NCBI GenBank assembly: GCA_965223295.1
Contig: CBDCWC010000002.1
Span: 1,600,001 to 1,664,000 of the forward strand
DNA length: 64,000 bases
From: Nitrospirales bacterium
Lineage (GTDB): Bacteria; Nitrospirota; Nitrospiria; Nitrospirales; UBA8639
Direction: 5' to 3'
The notes below the pieces were generated by a model. It had not been told where the DNA came from. It searched no databases and was given only the letters and a program-made list of their open reading frames with translations. Positions 1 to 10,790 of the stretch are shown piece by piece (the stretch's first letter is position 1; the number at the start of each line of letters is the position of its first letter). The position numbers were made by a program, and so were the translations under genes.

Positions 1-79
1 CCGTTCCCGCAATCCTGCATAGAGCGCATACAGAACAAACACGGCCAGAATGGCCCAATCAAGAACTTCCATATTCAAC

Positions 80-505
80 TCATTTCCAGAAATCAGGAAA
101 TAACGTTGTCACCAGATACCACCCCCATAAGGGAAGGAGCAGCCCAACAGCCGCAAGAATTCCTCCCAATCCTATCGCCGTCCACCCCATGAGATCCGTT
201 CGGGAACCTAACACGATTGGTGCTTGTGCACGAAATCCCATGCCAGCAGGCGGCCATTGCCCTGTCGCGCGAATTCTTGAGCCAATATACATCACATAGG
301 CTCCCATCCCGACTGCAGGGAAACCCGCCATGATCGCGACCACTAACAGCATCAATCCGACTTGATAGATGGTCTCTGAACTTTGAGACGCCTCTCCCTG
401 CGGTACCAATGAAAGATATTCCATGGTGAAATACAGCAGCGCACCCCCGAATACAGCTAGAATGACTAACAGGCTTAAGATTAATGGCTTTTGTGAGGAG
501 TTCAT
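80..505 (-). CDS. Hypothetical membrane protein (about 3 TM helices)
   Basis: ORF with hydrophobic segments (LILSLLVILAVFGGALLYF; VGLMLLVVAIMAG; LGGILAAVGLLLPLW). ATG at 505 preferred over the track start at 544. Confidence 0.65.
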   Translation of the reverse strand: MNSSQKPLILSLLVILAVFGGALLYFTMEYLSLVPQGEASQSSETIYQVGLMLLVVAIMAGFPAVGMGAYVMYIGSRIRATGQWPPAGMGFRAQAPIVLGSRTDLMGWTAIGLGGILAAVGLLLPLWGWYLVTTLFPDFWK

Positions 506-618
506 ACGATTCGAAATTACCCTAAGATAACACTCGCATAGCAAGTCCTTCCGCTCTCCCCAAGGGGGCGAGGGAAATCCAAGATATTTTTTGGAGATCT
601 CGCAATACCCAACATCAC

Positions 619-1905
619 TTATGCCTGATTCCGACGAATGCGTTCATGCCGCCGGCCTACCCACAGTCCTGTCGCTAACCAGAGCGCGGCAATGGGCATG
701 GCCGTAAAGGCCATAGCGGGCAACCCCATTCCCCAGGTATGCAACAGAGAGACAATTCCCGTTCCGGTTGCATCGGCCCCTCGATGCACAACCGTATCAA
801 TCACATTTTTCGCTTGATATTTTTCTTCGCGGGGCACCACGGTAAACAATGTTTCTCGTGTGGGTTTGGTAATAGAAAATTCTCCCGCCCGCCGTACAAC
901 ACCAAACCCAATCAACACTGGCAACACGGTCCACATGCCAAACACGCCAAACCCAAGAAATGACACGAGCGGCATGACGGCTAACATGATCACCACACCA
1001 AAGCGCGACAGCAACCATCCTATTGCAAAAAATTGTAGCGTGAACGCTAACACATTAATCCCAAGATCCACAGACGCAAACAGTTGTATCCGATCTTCTG
1101 AATTCGGCATCACTTCAGGAATCAAAATCGTTTGCTGCGAATAGAGAAAGGTTGAAAGAATCGAATAACACATGAGATACAGGGCAATGCCTCTCAAATA
1201 GGGAGAACGAAGAATACGTACAGCCCCAACCCATAGGCTAGGTGGTACGGCATCAGAGTCCTTCATTGAGGACAAATGTGCTTCACCCAGGTCAACCCCA
1301 TGATGTGCGTGATACCATTGCAAGATTGCCAGAATGCAACCAACGGCAAATACTAAAAACGTTCCTGACACCAACAAGAGACCCTGAATCCCCACGCCTT
1401 TTACCGCCAACGCGGTAATGAATGGCCCGGTCATCGCACCAAGACTGCCTCCAGCCGAAATACACCCAAACAATCGACGAGCCGCATTCGTCGGAAACAC
1501 ATCGGCCATAAAACTCCAAAAGACTGATACCACAAAGAGATTAAAGACACTCAGCCATACAAAAAAAATCGGCCCAATGACTGCCAACTCAAACCCACTC
1601 TGTAAGGCCATAAAAAATCCAAAGAGATTCAGCACGAAAAACCCATAGACTGTTGGGAGTAAACGACGGATAGGGAAGCGACCGGCCACCCACCCAAACA
1701 ACGGAATCACCGCAAGCATAGTGAGAAACACGGCTCCAAATAACCAAGGAAGCGAATGTGCCCCTGACAATACCCCCATTTCATCTCGCACTGGCCGCAG
1801 AATATAGTACGCCGCCAAGACACAAAAAAAATACAAAAAGGACCAGAACAGGGCTGGCAGTTCTTCACGTTCAACCGGGACAACTCGTCGGATTAGCTCA
1901 TACAT
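619..1905 (-). CDS. NTP/NDP exchange (ATP:ADP antiporter-like) MFS transporter
   Basis: About 12 TM segments with family motifs YYILRPVRDEMG, FWSFMADVF, KPTRETLFT, KYQAKNVIDTVVHRGAD. Confidence 0.85.
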   Translation of the reverse strand: MYELIRRVVPVEREELPALFWSFLYFFCVLAAYYILRPVRDEMGVLSGAHSLPWLFGAVFLTMLAVIPLFGWVAGRFPIRRLLPTVYGFFVLNLFGFFMALQSGFELAVIGPIFFVWLSVFNLFVVSVFWSFMADVFPTNAARRLFGCISAGGSLGAMTGPFITALAVKGVGIQGLLLVSGTFLVFAVGCILAILQWYHAHHGVDLGEAHLSSMKDSDAVPPSLWVGAVRILRSPYLRGIALYLMCYSILSTFLYSQQTILIPEVMPNSEDRIQLFASVDLGINVLAFTLQFFAIGWLLSRFGVVIMLAVMPLVSFLGFGVFGMWTVLPVLIGFGVVRRAGEFSITKPTRETLFTVVPREEKYQAKNVIDTVVHRGADATGTGIVSLLHTWGMGLPAMAFTAMPIAALWLATGLWVGRRHERIRRNQA

Positions 1906-1990
1906 AGAAATCAGGCCCTATTCGGTTTTTGCCAGCATCTACATTCTGTACACACACTTGTTGTTTCTATGGAAATGCAGCTGGAGTGCC

Positions 1991-2788
1991 TTAGGAGATT
2001 TCGAAGACTCGAGAAATGCAGGGAGCGCCATAATCAGCAGACCCGGTGAGCACCTGAAGATTAGGAAGCATCTGGGCTGTTCCCTCATGATGCGTATGCC
2101 CGCAGAGAACGGTCACCTGACAGTTAGGTCTCGCTTGCGTGACGTCCAGTAACATTGAGCCAACAGCGTGGCAGGTAAAGTACGGCAACCAATCATCATT
2201 GCCCGGTTGACCTTCATACCAGCAGGCCTCTTTAAAGGGTGGCACATGAATCAAACAATAAACCCGTTCATAGGAGTCCATGGCATTGTTGAGCACATCT
2301 CGCAGATAAGCAGCAGATTCATCGCCCAAGGCCTGAAGCTTTCGTAGAATGGCATCCCGATCCAGCCCATGAAAATCCCGGATCAACTCTTGGTCACTCA
2401 ATCTCACTGGAGTCTGATGGTAATGGCCTAACCGGCCATCCCCCCACCCATCATGCCCAACTAAGACCGTCCTTGCTGTCAATTCAATTGGTCCCAAAAC
2501 AGAAAGATACTGGAGGCCTGATTGAGTGAGACACCAATTTTGAATTTCACATCGGCCTGATTCAATGGACCCATGGTAAAAATCATGATTCCCCAAGACA
2601 AAATAGATTGGCGCATTCACCGCTTGCTGCATTTCCTGCAGAAGCTCTTGCAGACAAGGAGCTTCTGCAATGTCACCCGTGATCAAAACGATATCAGGGC
2701 TCCTTTCACGAACAGCCAAATAAAATTTACCCCGCTCAGAAGGACGGAGAAAATTCAAATGAATGTCTGTTACCCATAACACGCGCAT
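1991..2788 (-). CDS. Calcineurin-like metallophosphoesterase (Icc/CpdA-like)
   Basis: Motifs TDIH, ITGDI, LGNHD, HVPP, CGHTH. Confidence 0.85.
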   Translation of the reverse strand: MRVLWVTDIHLNFLRPSERGKFYLAVRERSPDIVLITGDIAEAPCLQELLQEMQQAVNAPIYFVLGNHDFYHGSIESGRCEIQNWCLTQSGLQYLSVLGPIELTARTVLVGHDGWGDGRLGHYHQTPVRLSDQELIRDFHGLDRDAILRKLQALGDESAAYLRDVLNNAMDSYERVYCLIHVPPFKEACWYEGQPGNDDWLPYFTCHAVGSMLLDVTQARPNCQVTVLCGHTHHEGTAQMLPNLQVLTGSADYGAPCISRVFEIS

Positions 2789-2957
2789 GTCCCGCACACC
2801 TTAACAAAAAACGAGGAAGATACAGTACGTTAACATTCAGGAGAGAACGTATGCCTCCCTTGGGCTTTAGTAGCCCAAAAAACTTTCCCATGGTATAACT
2901 CTTCGGATCCTGCAAAACTTTGAAAGCGCCACATAAAAGATACATTTTGAGTAGACC

Positions 2958-3521
2958 ATGGCTGATACATCTCAACCTTCATCAACAGAAAGCGACCTTG
3001 CCACAGTCGCGGGCGGGTGTTTTTGGTGTTTAGAAGCCGTATTTGATCAGGTCAAAGGCGTGGAATCTGTGGTCTCAGGGTATATGGGTGGTGGGCGACC
3101 TCATCCAACGTATGATGCAGTCTGTACGGGGACCACGGGGCATGCTGAGGTCGTTCAAATTCAATATAAACCTGCCTTCATCTCCTTTCGTGAACTGTTA
3201 GAAATCTTTTTCGGCATCCACGATCCAACCACACTCAACCGGCAAGGCAACGATGTTGGAACTCAATATCGCTCAGCCATTTTTTTTCACTCACCTGAAC
3301 AAGAGGCTACGGCCAAAACCGTCATAGAACAATTAACCAAAGACCAGCTTTTCAATGCTCCGATTGTGACCGAAGTTGTTCCAGCTTCCACATTTTATAT
3401 GGCCGAAGACTATCATCAAGAATATTTTTCGCAGAATCCGTCCCAGCTGTATTGCGCGTATCTGATCGGCCCCAAAGTCGCCAAATTTCGCCAGCAATTT
3501 GCGGAGAAATTGAAAGCCTAA
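2958..3521 (+). CDS. msrA: Peptide methionine sulfoxide reductase A
   Basis: GGCFWC active site, GHAEVVQ, HDPTTLNRQGNDVGTQYRS, AEDYHQEY. Confidence 0.97.
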   Translation: MADTSQPSSTESDLATVAGGCFWCLEAVFDQVKGVESVVSGYMGGGRPHPTYDAVCTGTTGHAEVVQIQYKPAFISFRELLEIFFGIHDPTTLNRQGNDVGTQYRSAIFFHSPEQEATAKTVIEQLTKDQLFNAPIVTEVVPASTFYMAEDYHQEYFSQNPSQLYCAYLIGPKVAKFRQQFAEKLKA

Positions 3522-3542
3522 TTTCTGTTATTTTCTTTCTTG

Positions 3543-3986
3543 CTACTCTCCAGAAACGACATGCAAGAGCGAATCACGTAACCCGCCCCAAAGGTCGGCT
3601 TTTAATGTGACTTGATAAACATGCAGAATAACTGGTGTTCGAGAAGGACAATACGGCATATCAATGCTCTCGACACCTACAGGCTCTGCCACCATAGACC
3701 CTGTTGAAGGGATATCTATTTTCTGCACGACTAACTGCACTCGAGATTCAAGAATGCAAAAATCTCGGTAGCCCTGTTGCGCCAGAATAGTAGGGTCGAC
3801 GAATTTCACACGATGCTGGTCGGTAGAAAACACCACATCTCCAACTTTGATTGGCCCTTCCGGGCCAACGGAATAAAGAAACACCGGAACCATCAGCACA
3901 GCAAAAATCGCCAACCCAATCGAAATAAGGGGCGTACGAGACGAGTCTGAAAGATTTTCATCTGATTGATGATGGTGATTCATCAT
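3543..3986 (-). CDS. Hypothetical protein with a single N-terminal TM helix
   Basis: 147-aa ORF filling the gap between genes; hydrophobic LISIGLAIFAVLMVPVFLY. Confidence 0.6.
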   Translation of the reverse strand: MMNHHHQSDENLSDSSRTPLISIGLAIFAVLMVPVFLYSVGPEGPIKVGDVVFSTDQHRVKFVDPTILAQQGYRDFCILESRVQLVVQKIDIPSTGSMVAEPVGVESIDMPYCPSRTPVILHVYQVTLKADLWGGLRDSLLHVVSGE

Positions 3987-4071
3987 TGCTACTTTAAGAA
4001 GTATAGGCCCTGATTCGTTCTATTCTTTCGTCAGAGGATAGAGATGATTCACAATCTTTAATACGTCGATA

Positions 4072-4407
4072 GTGCAACAAAAGGCCGCCTTGGTGAGAAC
4101 AACATTCGATGAGCTGTGGGATCACTGGACATGGCGACCTATTCGAAATTGTCCTGGACGATTTGTGATACCCAGAACGGACCATCTTATTTCTTTTGAG
4201 ATTCTACTTGGCTATTCCTGCTTTCCCCAAACATACAAGAGTCCTATGGCAAAGGATCCTGTGTCAGTCATACCATTAGAAAACGGCGGACTGATTTCTT
4301 ATCAACAACCGGATGGTCGTTTGATTCATACACTGAATACGCCAGAAGGATTTGCCCGTAAACTCCGGCAATTGCAAATCCCACTGCCGACAACAACGGG
4401 AGTGTAG
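4072..4407 (+). CDS. Hypothetical protein
   Basis: 111-aa ORF with protein-like motifs (WRPIRNCPGRF, GGLISY, HTLNTPEGF). Its stop codon lies inside the adjacent MITE end. Confidence 0.6.
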   Translation: MQQKAALVRTTFDELWDHWTWRPIRNCPGRFVIPRTDHLISFEILLGYSCFPQTYKSPMAKDPVSVIPLENGGLISYQQPDGRLIHTLNTPEGFARKLRQLQIPLPTTTGV

Positions 4408-4588
4408 ACTCATGAAGATATCAAAGGTCGTATTTCGTCAGGAAGCCTTTGGCGATCAACAGCATCGGGTCCGTTCAAAAAAGTCCGTCCAGCAAGGCCG
4501 CAGCCATTTTTGCGCGCGGAACGTACTGGCACTACGTGAGCACGGAAAAATGGCGAGAACGCCGCTAGCGGCTTTTTTCAACGGACCC
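4398..4588 (+). mobile_element. MITE-like element, copy 1
   Basis: Core 4467-4588 bounded by inverted repeats GGGTCCGTTCAAAAAAG / CTTTTTTCAACGGACCC, plus a degenerate ~69-bp left arm. Flanks ACAAC / ACAAA (near-TSD). Confidence 0.8.
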
Positions 4589-4617
4589 ACAAATACAAAA
4601 AAGCAAGAAATCCGCGT

Positions 4618-5439
4618 TTATCGACGAGACGATGCAAGCGAGGAAAAATCAAAGAGGTGTTGGTCAAGAAGGTGGCTGGGCACAACATTGGTGAGCGCGG
4701 CAAAGACACTATCGCCGGAACTTGGATAGCGATTCTCCCAATCCTTAAGCAGGGCTTTCACTTCTTGTCGTTTTAAGTTTTCTTGCGAGCCACAGAGGTC
4801 GCATGGGATGAGAGGAAATTTTCGTAAATCGGCATACCTGGCCAATTCTGTTTCCCGCACATAGACCAATGGGCGAATCACCACATGTTTCCCATCATCA
4901 GAACGCAATTTTGGCGGCATCGCTTTCAGAGTACCATTGAACAACATGTTCAGCACCATCGTCTCCACCATGTCATCACGATGGTGACCTAACGCGATCT
5001 TCGTAGCTCCAAGTTTTTCAGCAACACTGTAGAGAATACCGCGGCGCAACCGGGAACAGAGGGAGCAGGTCGTCTTCCCTTCTGGAATCATTTCTTTGAC
5101 AACAGAATAGGTATCCTGCTCTTCAATGTGAAACGGCACACCTAGCTTTCGCAAATAATCAGGAAGAATATGCTCAGGAAATCCTGGCTGCTTCTGATCC
5201 AAATTGACGGCGATCAGTGAATACGGCACAGGTGAACGGGACTGTATAGACAACAATACATCCAGCAGACCATAGCTGTCTTTTCCGCCTGACAGACAGA
5301 CCATAACGGTATCGCCAGCTTCGATCATCTGAAAATCAGCGATAGCTTGCCCGACTAACCGGCACAACCGCATATGTAATTTTTGTGTGGGTCCGGTGAA
5401 GTTGACTTTTACGAGTGATTCTTGTGCGTGTGGCAACAT
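4618..5439 (-). CDS. ttcA: tRNA 2-thiocytidine(32) synthetase
   Basis: PP-loop [36 protein letters not shown]. Confidence 0.95.
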   Translation of the reverse strand: MLPHAQESLVKVNFTGPTQKLHMRLCRLVGQAIADFQMIEAGDTVMVCLSGGKDSYGLLDVLLSIQSRSPVPYSLIAVNLDQKQPGFPEHILPDYLRKLGVPFHIEEQDTYSVVKEMIPEGKTTCSLCSRLRRGILYSVAEKLGATKIALGHHRDDMVETMVLNMLFNGTLKAMPPKLRSDDGKHVVIRPLVYVRETELARYADLRKFPLIPCDLCGSQENLKRQEVKALLKDWENRYPSSGDSVFAALTNVVPSHLLDQHLFDFSSLASSRR

Positions 5440-5688
5440 ACGCTGTCTTAGCTTTCAAGAGACAAGGGAATTAAGAATACTCAAAATTGACCGTCAGCAC
5501 TCCATGGTGAGGCACGGTAATCTCTCGTTCCATGCTACCTAACGTTTCATCCCAATCCACCACGGGTTCGGGTATGCACTTGCACCCTCGACAGTTGAGC
5601 GACATTTCCACATACACTGGCATCAATCTGAATAACCCTCGTTTCCGCCCTGGGAATCTTTCCAGAAAATCATACAGTACCCTTCACA

Positions 5689-5703
5689 TGGGAATCATTC
5701 TCA
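5689..5703. promoter_or_regulatory. Putative Fur-family box
   Basis: TGGGAATCATTCTCA is one mismatch from the 7-1-7 palindrome TGAGAATnATTCTCA; it lies in the divergent ttcA / kinase intergenic region. Confidence 0.35.
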
Positions 5704-5875
5704 ATTGAAAATCCAACTCCCGCCGGCCATAAGAAAAGAACACTACAGGTCGCCATCTTCAAGAGGAAACTAAACATCCTTGCAGTCTATTCCTCTCCAT
5801 GTAGGCGGTCAAGATTCGAATGACTTAACTCCTCATGTTTACTTACTTCTAGATCTCCTTTATCCTTTCTTAGAC

Positions 5876-8368
5876 ATGGCCGTAACCGACGACTCCCGTT
5901 CGCACCTGCCCCTCTTTTCCCGCCTACGTGAAAAATGGCTCGGGAACCTGAGATTTCGTCATACCATATACCTTTCAGCCACTATCCTCGCCATTATGGT
6001 CTTTCTGGCGGGCATTATGCTCTCCAAACAACGCGCCATGCTCTATCATGCCGCAGAAACCAAGAGTCTCGCATTTACTCAAGCGTTTACCATTGGCGGA
6101 TGGGCAGCCCTGCAAAACAATCTCTTCCGGATTCAAGAGGCTCTCATGAACTATCCCTCAGATCCGGATATCCTCGGGCTTGAAGTGATTGACCATGACA
6201 ATATGGTCATGGCTTCGCAAATTCCTAGTCGCATCGGACTTGTGCTAAACGATCCTCTTTGGCTGGAGATGAAGCACCAAACAAACACCATACTCCGTTA
6301 TACACAAGCTGATGATGGGGACATACACCTGATCAGCGTGGCACCGTTGACAAGACCACAGGAAACGGATGCATGGATTCGCGTGACCTTTTCCCTCGCA
6401 GAAGTACAGCGTCAAGACCTACAATTGATCCTCAATATGATCTTAATGACAGTCTTGCTGATCGGAGCAGGTATACTGAGCCTCCATTGGTCGAAAAGCC
6501 ATATCTCGTCAATTCTACAATCTGTGATTGCACAACTTCAAAGCGCATTGGCTAAAGGTAGCGATAGAGATCTGGCAGATTCCACTCAAAGTTTCTCTAA
6601 GACAGACACCTTTCAGCACAAAGGGGACCTGGAACATTTAGAACATACCGTCACCACAACTGTCTCCCTCTTAAAAACCCAATCCGAAGCCCTGCAACAT
6701 TCGGCGTCTGTCCTTGAACAGACTGTCAAAACACGTACGAATGACCTCCTTAAGACCAAACAATCGCTAGAAAAGGAAATTCAAGAACGGCGATTCGCCT
6801 CGGAACAATTGGAAAAAATGAGCCGACAGAATCAACTCATTTTAGATTCTGCGGGAGAAGGCATCTATGGATTGGATGTCCAAGGACGAGTCACCTTTAT
6901 CAACCCTGCCGGGGCACAACTCTTGGGATACAGAACTGAAGAGCTGCTTGGCAAACCCATGCATGAAACCATGCATCACACCCAGGAAGACGGGACCTTC
7001 TACCCACGAAACCTCTGTCCACTACACGGTGATTTTCTACGAGGCCAATCCCATAGCGGTGAGGATGAACTCCTTTGGCGAAAAGATGGCACATCGTTCC
7101 CGGTGGAATATATTAGCACTCCCATTCAAGAACAGGAGAAAATCGTTGGAGCTGTGGTGAGTTTCTTGGATATCACCTTACGACGGCAGGCGGAAGCCAA
7201 AATTCGAAAGAGTGAAACCTCGCTTCGTCAAGCACAGAAAATGGAAGCCATGGGAACGCTGGCCGGAGGAATTGCCCATGATTTTAATAATATTCTGACA
7301 GCGATGCTTGGGTTTGGGCAGTTAGCCCAAATGAAGGTGGCTCCCGAGAATCAGGCGCATGAGTATCTGAATCAAGTTCTGACAGCAGGCACACGAGCCA
7401 AAGAACTCATCAAACAAATTCTGACGTTTAGCCGTCAAACCGATCCCGAACACCAGCCCATAGAACTACGCGGTCTTCTTGAAGAAGTGCTCTCACTTAT
7501 GCAAGCGACTCTTCCAAAGACCATTGAAGTCGACAAACGGATCTCCAACGAAGAAGGCATGGTGCTAGCCGCCCCCATCCAATTACATCAAGTCTTTATT
7601 AACCTGTTCACCAATGCTGAATATGCAATGCGAGGCAAGTCAGGACGCATGACCATCACACTGAAACGTTTGCATGTGGATAGGGACAATCAAAGCAAAT
7701 TCTCTGAACTGACACCAGGCTCGTATTTTAAGGTGACACTTAGTGATACAGGAACAGGCATCCCTCCCCAAACAGTCGCGCGCATTTTCGATCCATTTTT
7801 TACGACAAAAGAAGTGGGGGAAGGCACCGGCATGGGGCTTTCGGTAGCTCATGGAATCATTGTTGCCCATGGCGGAACCATTACAGTGGAAAGTCACATA
7901 GATGTCGGCACCACATTTCACATTTTTCTTCCGGAAATCGAAGCCACCTCAACGCACTCTTCAAACGTAACGGACCCTGCCCGTTATCAAAAACAGCAAG
8001 GGCATATCCTTTTTGTGGATGATGAAGAGCCTTTATCCAATATGGGTCAACATTTTCTCGAGCACTTGGGATATTCCGTGACAGTGTGTACGAGCGGCCT
8101 TGCCGCATTGGAAATCTTCAAATCCCACCCTCACAAATTCGATGCCGTCATCACAGATCAAACCATGCCGAAAATCACCGGCGAGAAGCTGGCGACCGAA
8201 TTACTTCGCATCAATCCAGACATACCGATCATCTTGTACACGGGATTTAGTTATACCATGACTCCTGAAAAGGCCGAGCAACTTGGTATCCGCCGATTAC
8301 TTCACAAGCCATTACTCATTCAAGAACTCGCTTCAGCCCTTGAAGGAATCTTGGAGCAAAAGGTGTAA
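5876..8368 (+). CDS. Membrane hybrid sensor histidine kinase (periplasmic sensor-PAS-HisKA-HATPase-REC)
   Basis: Two TM helices, PAS (ILDSAGEGIYGLD...RKDGTSFPVE), H-box AGGIAHDFNN, DPFFTTK...GTGMGL, C-terminal receiver (FVDDE, ITDQTMP, KP). Confidence 0.93.
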   Translation: MAVTDDSRSHLPLFSRLREKWLGNLRFRHTIYLSATILAIMVFLAGIMLSKQRAMLYHAAETKSLAFTQAFTIGGWAALQNNLFRIQEALMNYPSDPDILGLEVIDHDNMVMASQIPSRIGLVLNDPLWLEMKHQTNTILRYTQADDGDIHLISVAPLTRPQETDAWIRVTFSLAEVQRQDLQLILNMILMTVLLIGAGILSLHWSKSHISSILQSVIAQLQSALAKGSDRDLADSTQSFSKTDTFQHKGDLEHLEHTVTTTVSLLKTQSEALQHSASVLEQTVKTRTNDLLKTKQSLEKEIQERRFASEQLEKMSRQNQLILDSAGEGIYGLDVQGRVTFINPAGAQLLGYRTEELLGKPMHETMHHTQEDGTFYPRNLCPLHGDFLRGQSHSGEDELLWRKDGTSFPVEYISTPIQEQEKIVGAVVSFLDITLRRQAEAKIRKSETSLRQAQKMEAMGTLAGGIAHDFNNILTAMLGFGQLAQMKVAPENQAHEYLNQVLTAGTRAKELIKQILTFSRQTDPEHQPIELRGLLEEVLSLMQATLPKTIEVDKRISNEEGMVLAAPIQLHQVFINLFTNAEYAMRGKSGRMTITLKRLHVDRDNQSKFSELTPGSYFKVTLSDTGTGIPPQTVARIFDPFFTTKEVGEGTGMGLSVAHGIIVAHGGTITVESHIDVGTTFHIFLPEIEATSTHSSNVTDPARYQKQQGHILFVDDEEPLSNMGQHFLEHLGYSVTVCTSGLAALEIFKSHPHKFDAVITDQTMPKITGEKLATELLRINPDIPIILYTGFSYTMTPEKAEQLGIRRLLHKPLLIQELASALEGILEQKV

Positions 8369-8438
8369 TCCCACTTCATCAGTGGCCTCAATTCTCTCTC
8401 ACTGAGCACGGATAACGTATCAGCCACCGTATTCTTAT

Positions 8439-8629
8439 GGTCCTATTGAAAAAAGCCGCCAACGGCGTTCTCGCCCTTGTTCCGTGCTCACGGAGTGCCA
8501 GTACGCTCCGCGCGCAAAAATGGCTGCGGCCTTGCTGGACGGACTGTTTTGAACAGACCCGCGGCCTCTGACATATGACGTCGCAGAGACGAAATTTGGC
8601 TGTTGATATCATCATTATTCAACAGTCTC
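8439..8629 (-). mobile_element. MITE-like element, copy 2
   Basis: Homologous to the other copies; flanked by the direct repeat CTTAT (8434-8438 and 8630-8634). Confidence 0.85.
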
Positions 8630-8668
8630 CTTATGGACAGCTGGTCTCCAGCAAATTGAGGTGGCCCG

Positions 8669-9205
8669 TTATCGAGAAACAAGCGTGTGAGACTGAAGTG
8701 GCTCTGCAACGAAGGAAGAGGAAGACGTATCTTGTTTTCTTTGAACCTGGTTATGGAGCAGGATTAAGGATGGACAATGCTCAACAATAGCAGCCAAAAA
8801 TCTTGCCTTGTCTTCTGGAGAAATCATCATGTTTTGTCCTGACAGACCATACACAACATTCAATCGATCTAAAGAACATGCGGGGCTGGACCAAGGGCTT
8901 TGGGTTGGAGTGATGGAATCAATATCTTGCAAGGCTATGCGAAATGAAAATGGACCACATCGAATACAGAGTTGTTCAGATTTCACCGTATAGCCTGTGC
9001 CGTATAATACCCATAGCATTAACCCATCCATCACAAAGAGTAGGCTCCCCACGAAAATCAGCGTGAGCCAGGAAGCTCCGGTCAGGACCAGAGGCAGAAT
9101 CCCACCAGCCACACTCACTGTGACTCCCAACCATATCAATCCAACAATCCACCCATCCCGCTTGGAGGGAAAATACAAGTCTTGGCCGAAATAGCTTGAT
9201 GACAT
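8669..9205 (-). CDS. Bacterial PH-domain membrane protein
   Basis: FPSKRDGW, two TM helices, TGYTV...LCIRCGP, SSPACSLDRL, ISPEDK, typical of the bPH family. Confidence 0.75.
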   Translation of the reverse strand: MSSSYFGQDLYFPSKRDGWIVGLIWLGVTVSVAGGILPLVLTGASWLTLIFVGSLLFVMDGLMLWVLYGTGYTVKSEQLCIRCGPFSFRIALQDIDSITPTQSPWSSPACSLDRLNVVYGLSGQNMMISPEDKARFLAAIVEHCPSLILLHNQVQRKQDTSSSSFVAEPLQSHTLVSR

Positions 9206-9492
9206 GAAGCACCTTTTTCCCAAATATCTCCAAGAAATCAGACGTCCACCTTAATCTTCGGCAAATTCAGGGTTGGTCTAAAGTCTTTCTCACAAACCTC
9301 TGTTTTGTCCTGAATGCACCTTGGAGCGTTCGCCTATGAGGTCAAACAGCCGACGACAGCTTTCAAGAAAGAGACAAAGTCCCTAGAGGACCAACACGAC
9401 GGAGGAAAAAATTGAACGGTCAGCAAAGAAGGGAGAGTCGAACCAACACAAATAATTTGCGAGTAAACTTGTCTTGTTAATTAGACACGTTC

Positions 9493-9819
9493 TTACAGCC
9501 GAAGGATTTTTGTTACTTTGGATTTGAGTAATTGAATTAGTTCCGGTTGCATATATTCATAATGATCGGGGATATCCAGCACCATAAGTCTTTTCTCTTT
9601 CAACAATGCTCGAAATTTTTGAGATATTTTTTTCTTATGTATCTTTTCCATGACCAAAATGATGTCAGCCCATTCAACAAGATCGCCACTGATTGGCGTT
9701 GCAGCATCGGTATTCGTTCCAACCCCAATAGCCTCAATGGCTCGGTGGTCGGAAAAGACTGCTTCTGCCGTGGGACTGCGAAACCGATTTTCAGAACATA
9801 CAAACAATAGCTTCTTCAT
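9493..9819 (-). CDS. Low-molecular-weight protein-tyrosine-phosphatase family protein
   Basis: P-loop LFVCSENRFRSPTAE (CX5R), EWADIILVME, LDIPD. Confidence 0.88.
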   Translation of the reverse strand: MKKLLFVCSENRFRSPTAEAVFSDHRAIEAIGVGTNTDAATPISGDLVEWADIILVMEKIHKKKISQKFRALLKEKRLMVLDIPDHYEYMQPELIQLLKSKVTKILRL

Positions 9820-9842
9820 GCAGTTGTCAAAAACTTTCCGGG

Positions 9843-10625
9843 TTAGTAGGTGGACATGCGCTGGAGGATAACTTCTTTTTTCTTTTCTAAAAATGTCGTG
9901 AGTTCGTTTGGTTTATGTCGAAGCGGGCTAGGAATGATGGCTGCCAAGCTAGCACTTTCTGTCCTTGTCAGTTGTGCAGCGGACTTATGAAAAAAGCGTT
10001 GAGCTGCAGCTTCAATTCCAAATATTCCTTGTCCCCATTCAATAATGTTGAGATATAGCTCGAGAATTCGTTTTTTGTTTAACGTGGCCTCCAACATCCA
10101 CGCAACGATCAGTTCTCGCAACTTGCGAATCGGATCGCGTGCAGTAGAAAGATAGAGATTCTTTGCCAATTGTTGCGTAATCGTTGAGCCTCCTCTCACA
10201 ATCCTTCCCTGTTCCCAGTTCGCCGCAAAAGACTCCCTGACTTCATGCCAATCGATACCGGCATGCTCGTAAAACCTCGCATCTTCTGCAATCAAGACCG
10301 CACGTTGCAAATGTCTGGAAATGTTGGACAACGGAATCCATTGATACTCTATCGTCAATTTCTGGCCATTGTTCCGAGCCTCTTCTATCCGTTGCCGCAT
10401 CAAGGCTGTCTCTTTTGGATTTTCCCTATCAAGACTGAAAAGAGAAAGAAAAGGAAGCGTGCCAATTTCGAATAGAAGAAACAGAACAAAAATACTCAAG
10501 AACAATTTATAGGGGATGGCCCGAATCCATTGAAATCGATGACGACGAGATTTCGCGCGGTGACCAAGATTCCAAAGGTGTCGATTCGATCGTATCCGCT
10601 TATTTTGTCGATGAGGTTTGCTCAT
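9843..10625 (-). CDS. mtgA: Monofunctional peptidoglycan transglycosylase
   Basis: GT51 motifs AEDARFYEHAGID, RGGSTITQQLAKNLYL, RKLRE, KKRILELYLN; no transpeptidase domain. Confidence 0.9.
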   Translation of the reverse strand: MSKPHRQNKRIRSNRHLWNLGHRAKSRRHRFQWIRAIPYKLFLSIFVLFLLFEIGTLPFLSLFSLDRENPKETALMRQRIEEARNNGQKLTIEYQWIPLSNISRHLQRAVLIAEDARFYEHAGIDWHEVRESFAANWEQGRIVRGGSTITQQLAKNLYLSTARDPIRKLRELIVAWMLEATLNKKRILELYLNIIEWGQGIFGIEAAAQRFFHKSAAQLTRTESASLAAIIPSPLRHKPNELTTFLEKKKEVILQRMSTY

Positions 10626-10790
10626 TCAATTTCACATGAGACAACGCGCCCCATTTTTCCCAGACGTTGTCATCCTATTGAATAGGTAAAACGTTAGCAT
10701 ACAAAAGACCAGCCCTTCTTGAACATTCACTTCGGATGTGACAGCCCAAGAATCGTAAGACGACACTCATTCCCTCGACAAACACAGGCT

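Noticed and set aside
548-578. Short GC hairpin CTCTCCCCAAGGGGGCGAGGG
   Set aside because: Single degenerate copy; cannot be distinguished from a terminator or a decayed REP-like element.
619-1905. NTP/NDP exchange transporter as evidence of an energy-parasitic lifestyle
   Set aside because: This broader family is common in free-living bacteria, so it does not support that claim.
4352-4729. ORFs overlapping MITE copies (also 8388..8615, 14382..14576, 24408..24603, 36606..36898, 56460..56731)
   Set aside because: They are translations of the non-coding repeat (recurrent QQGRSHFCAR / ARTPLAAFFN strings), not genes.
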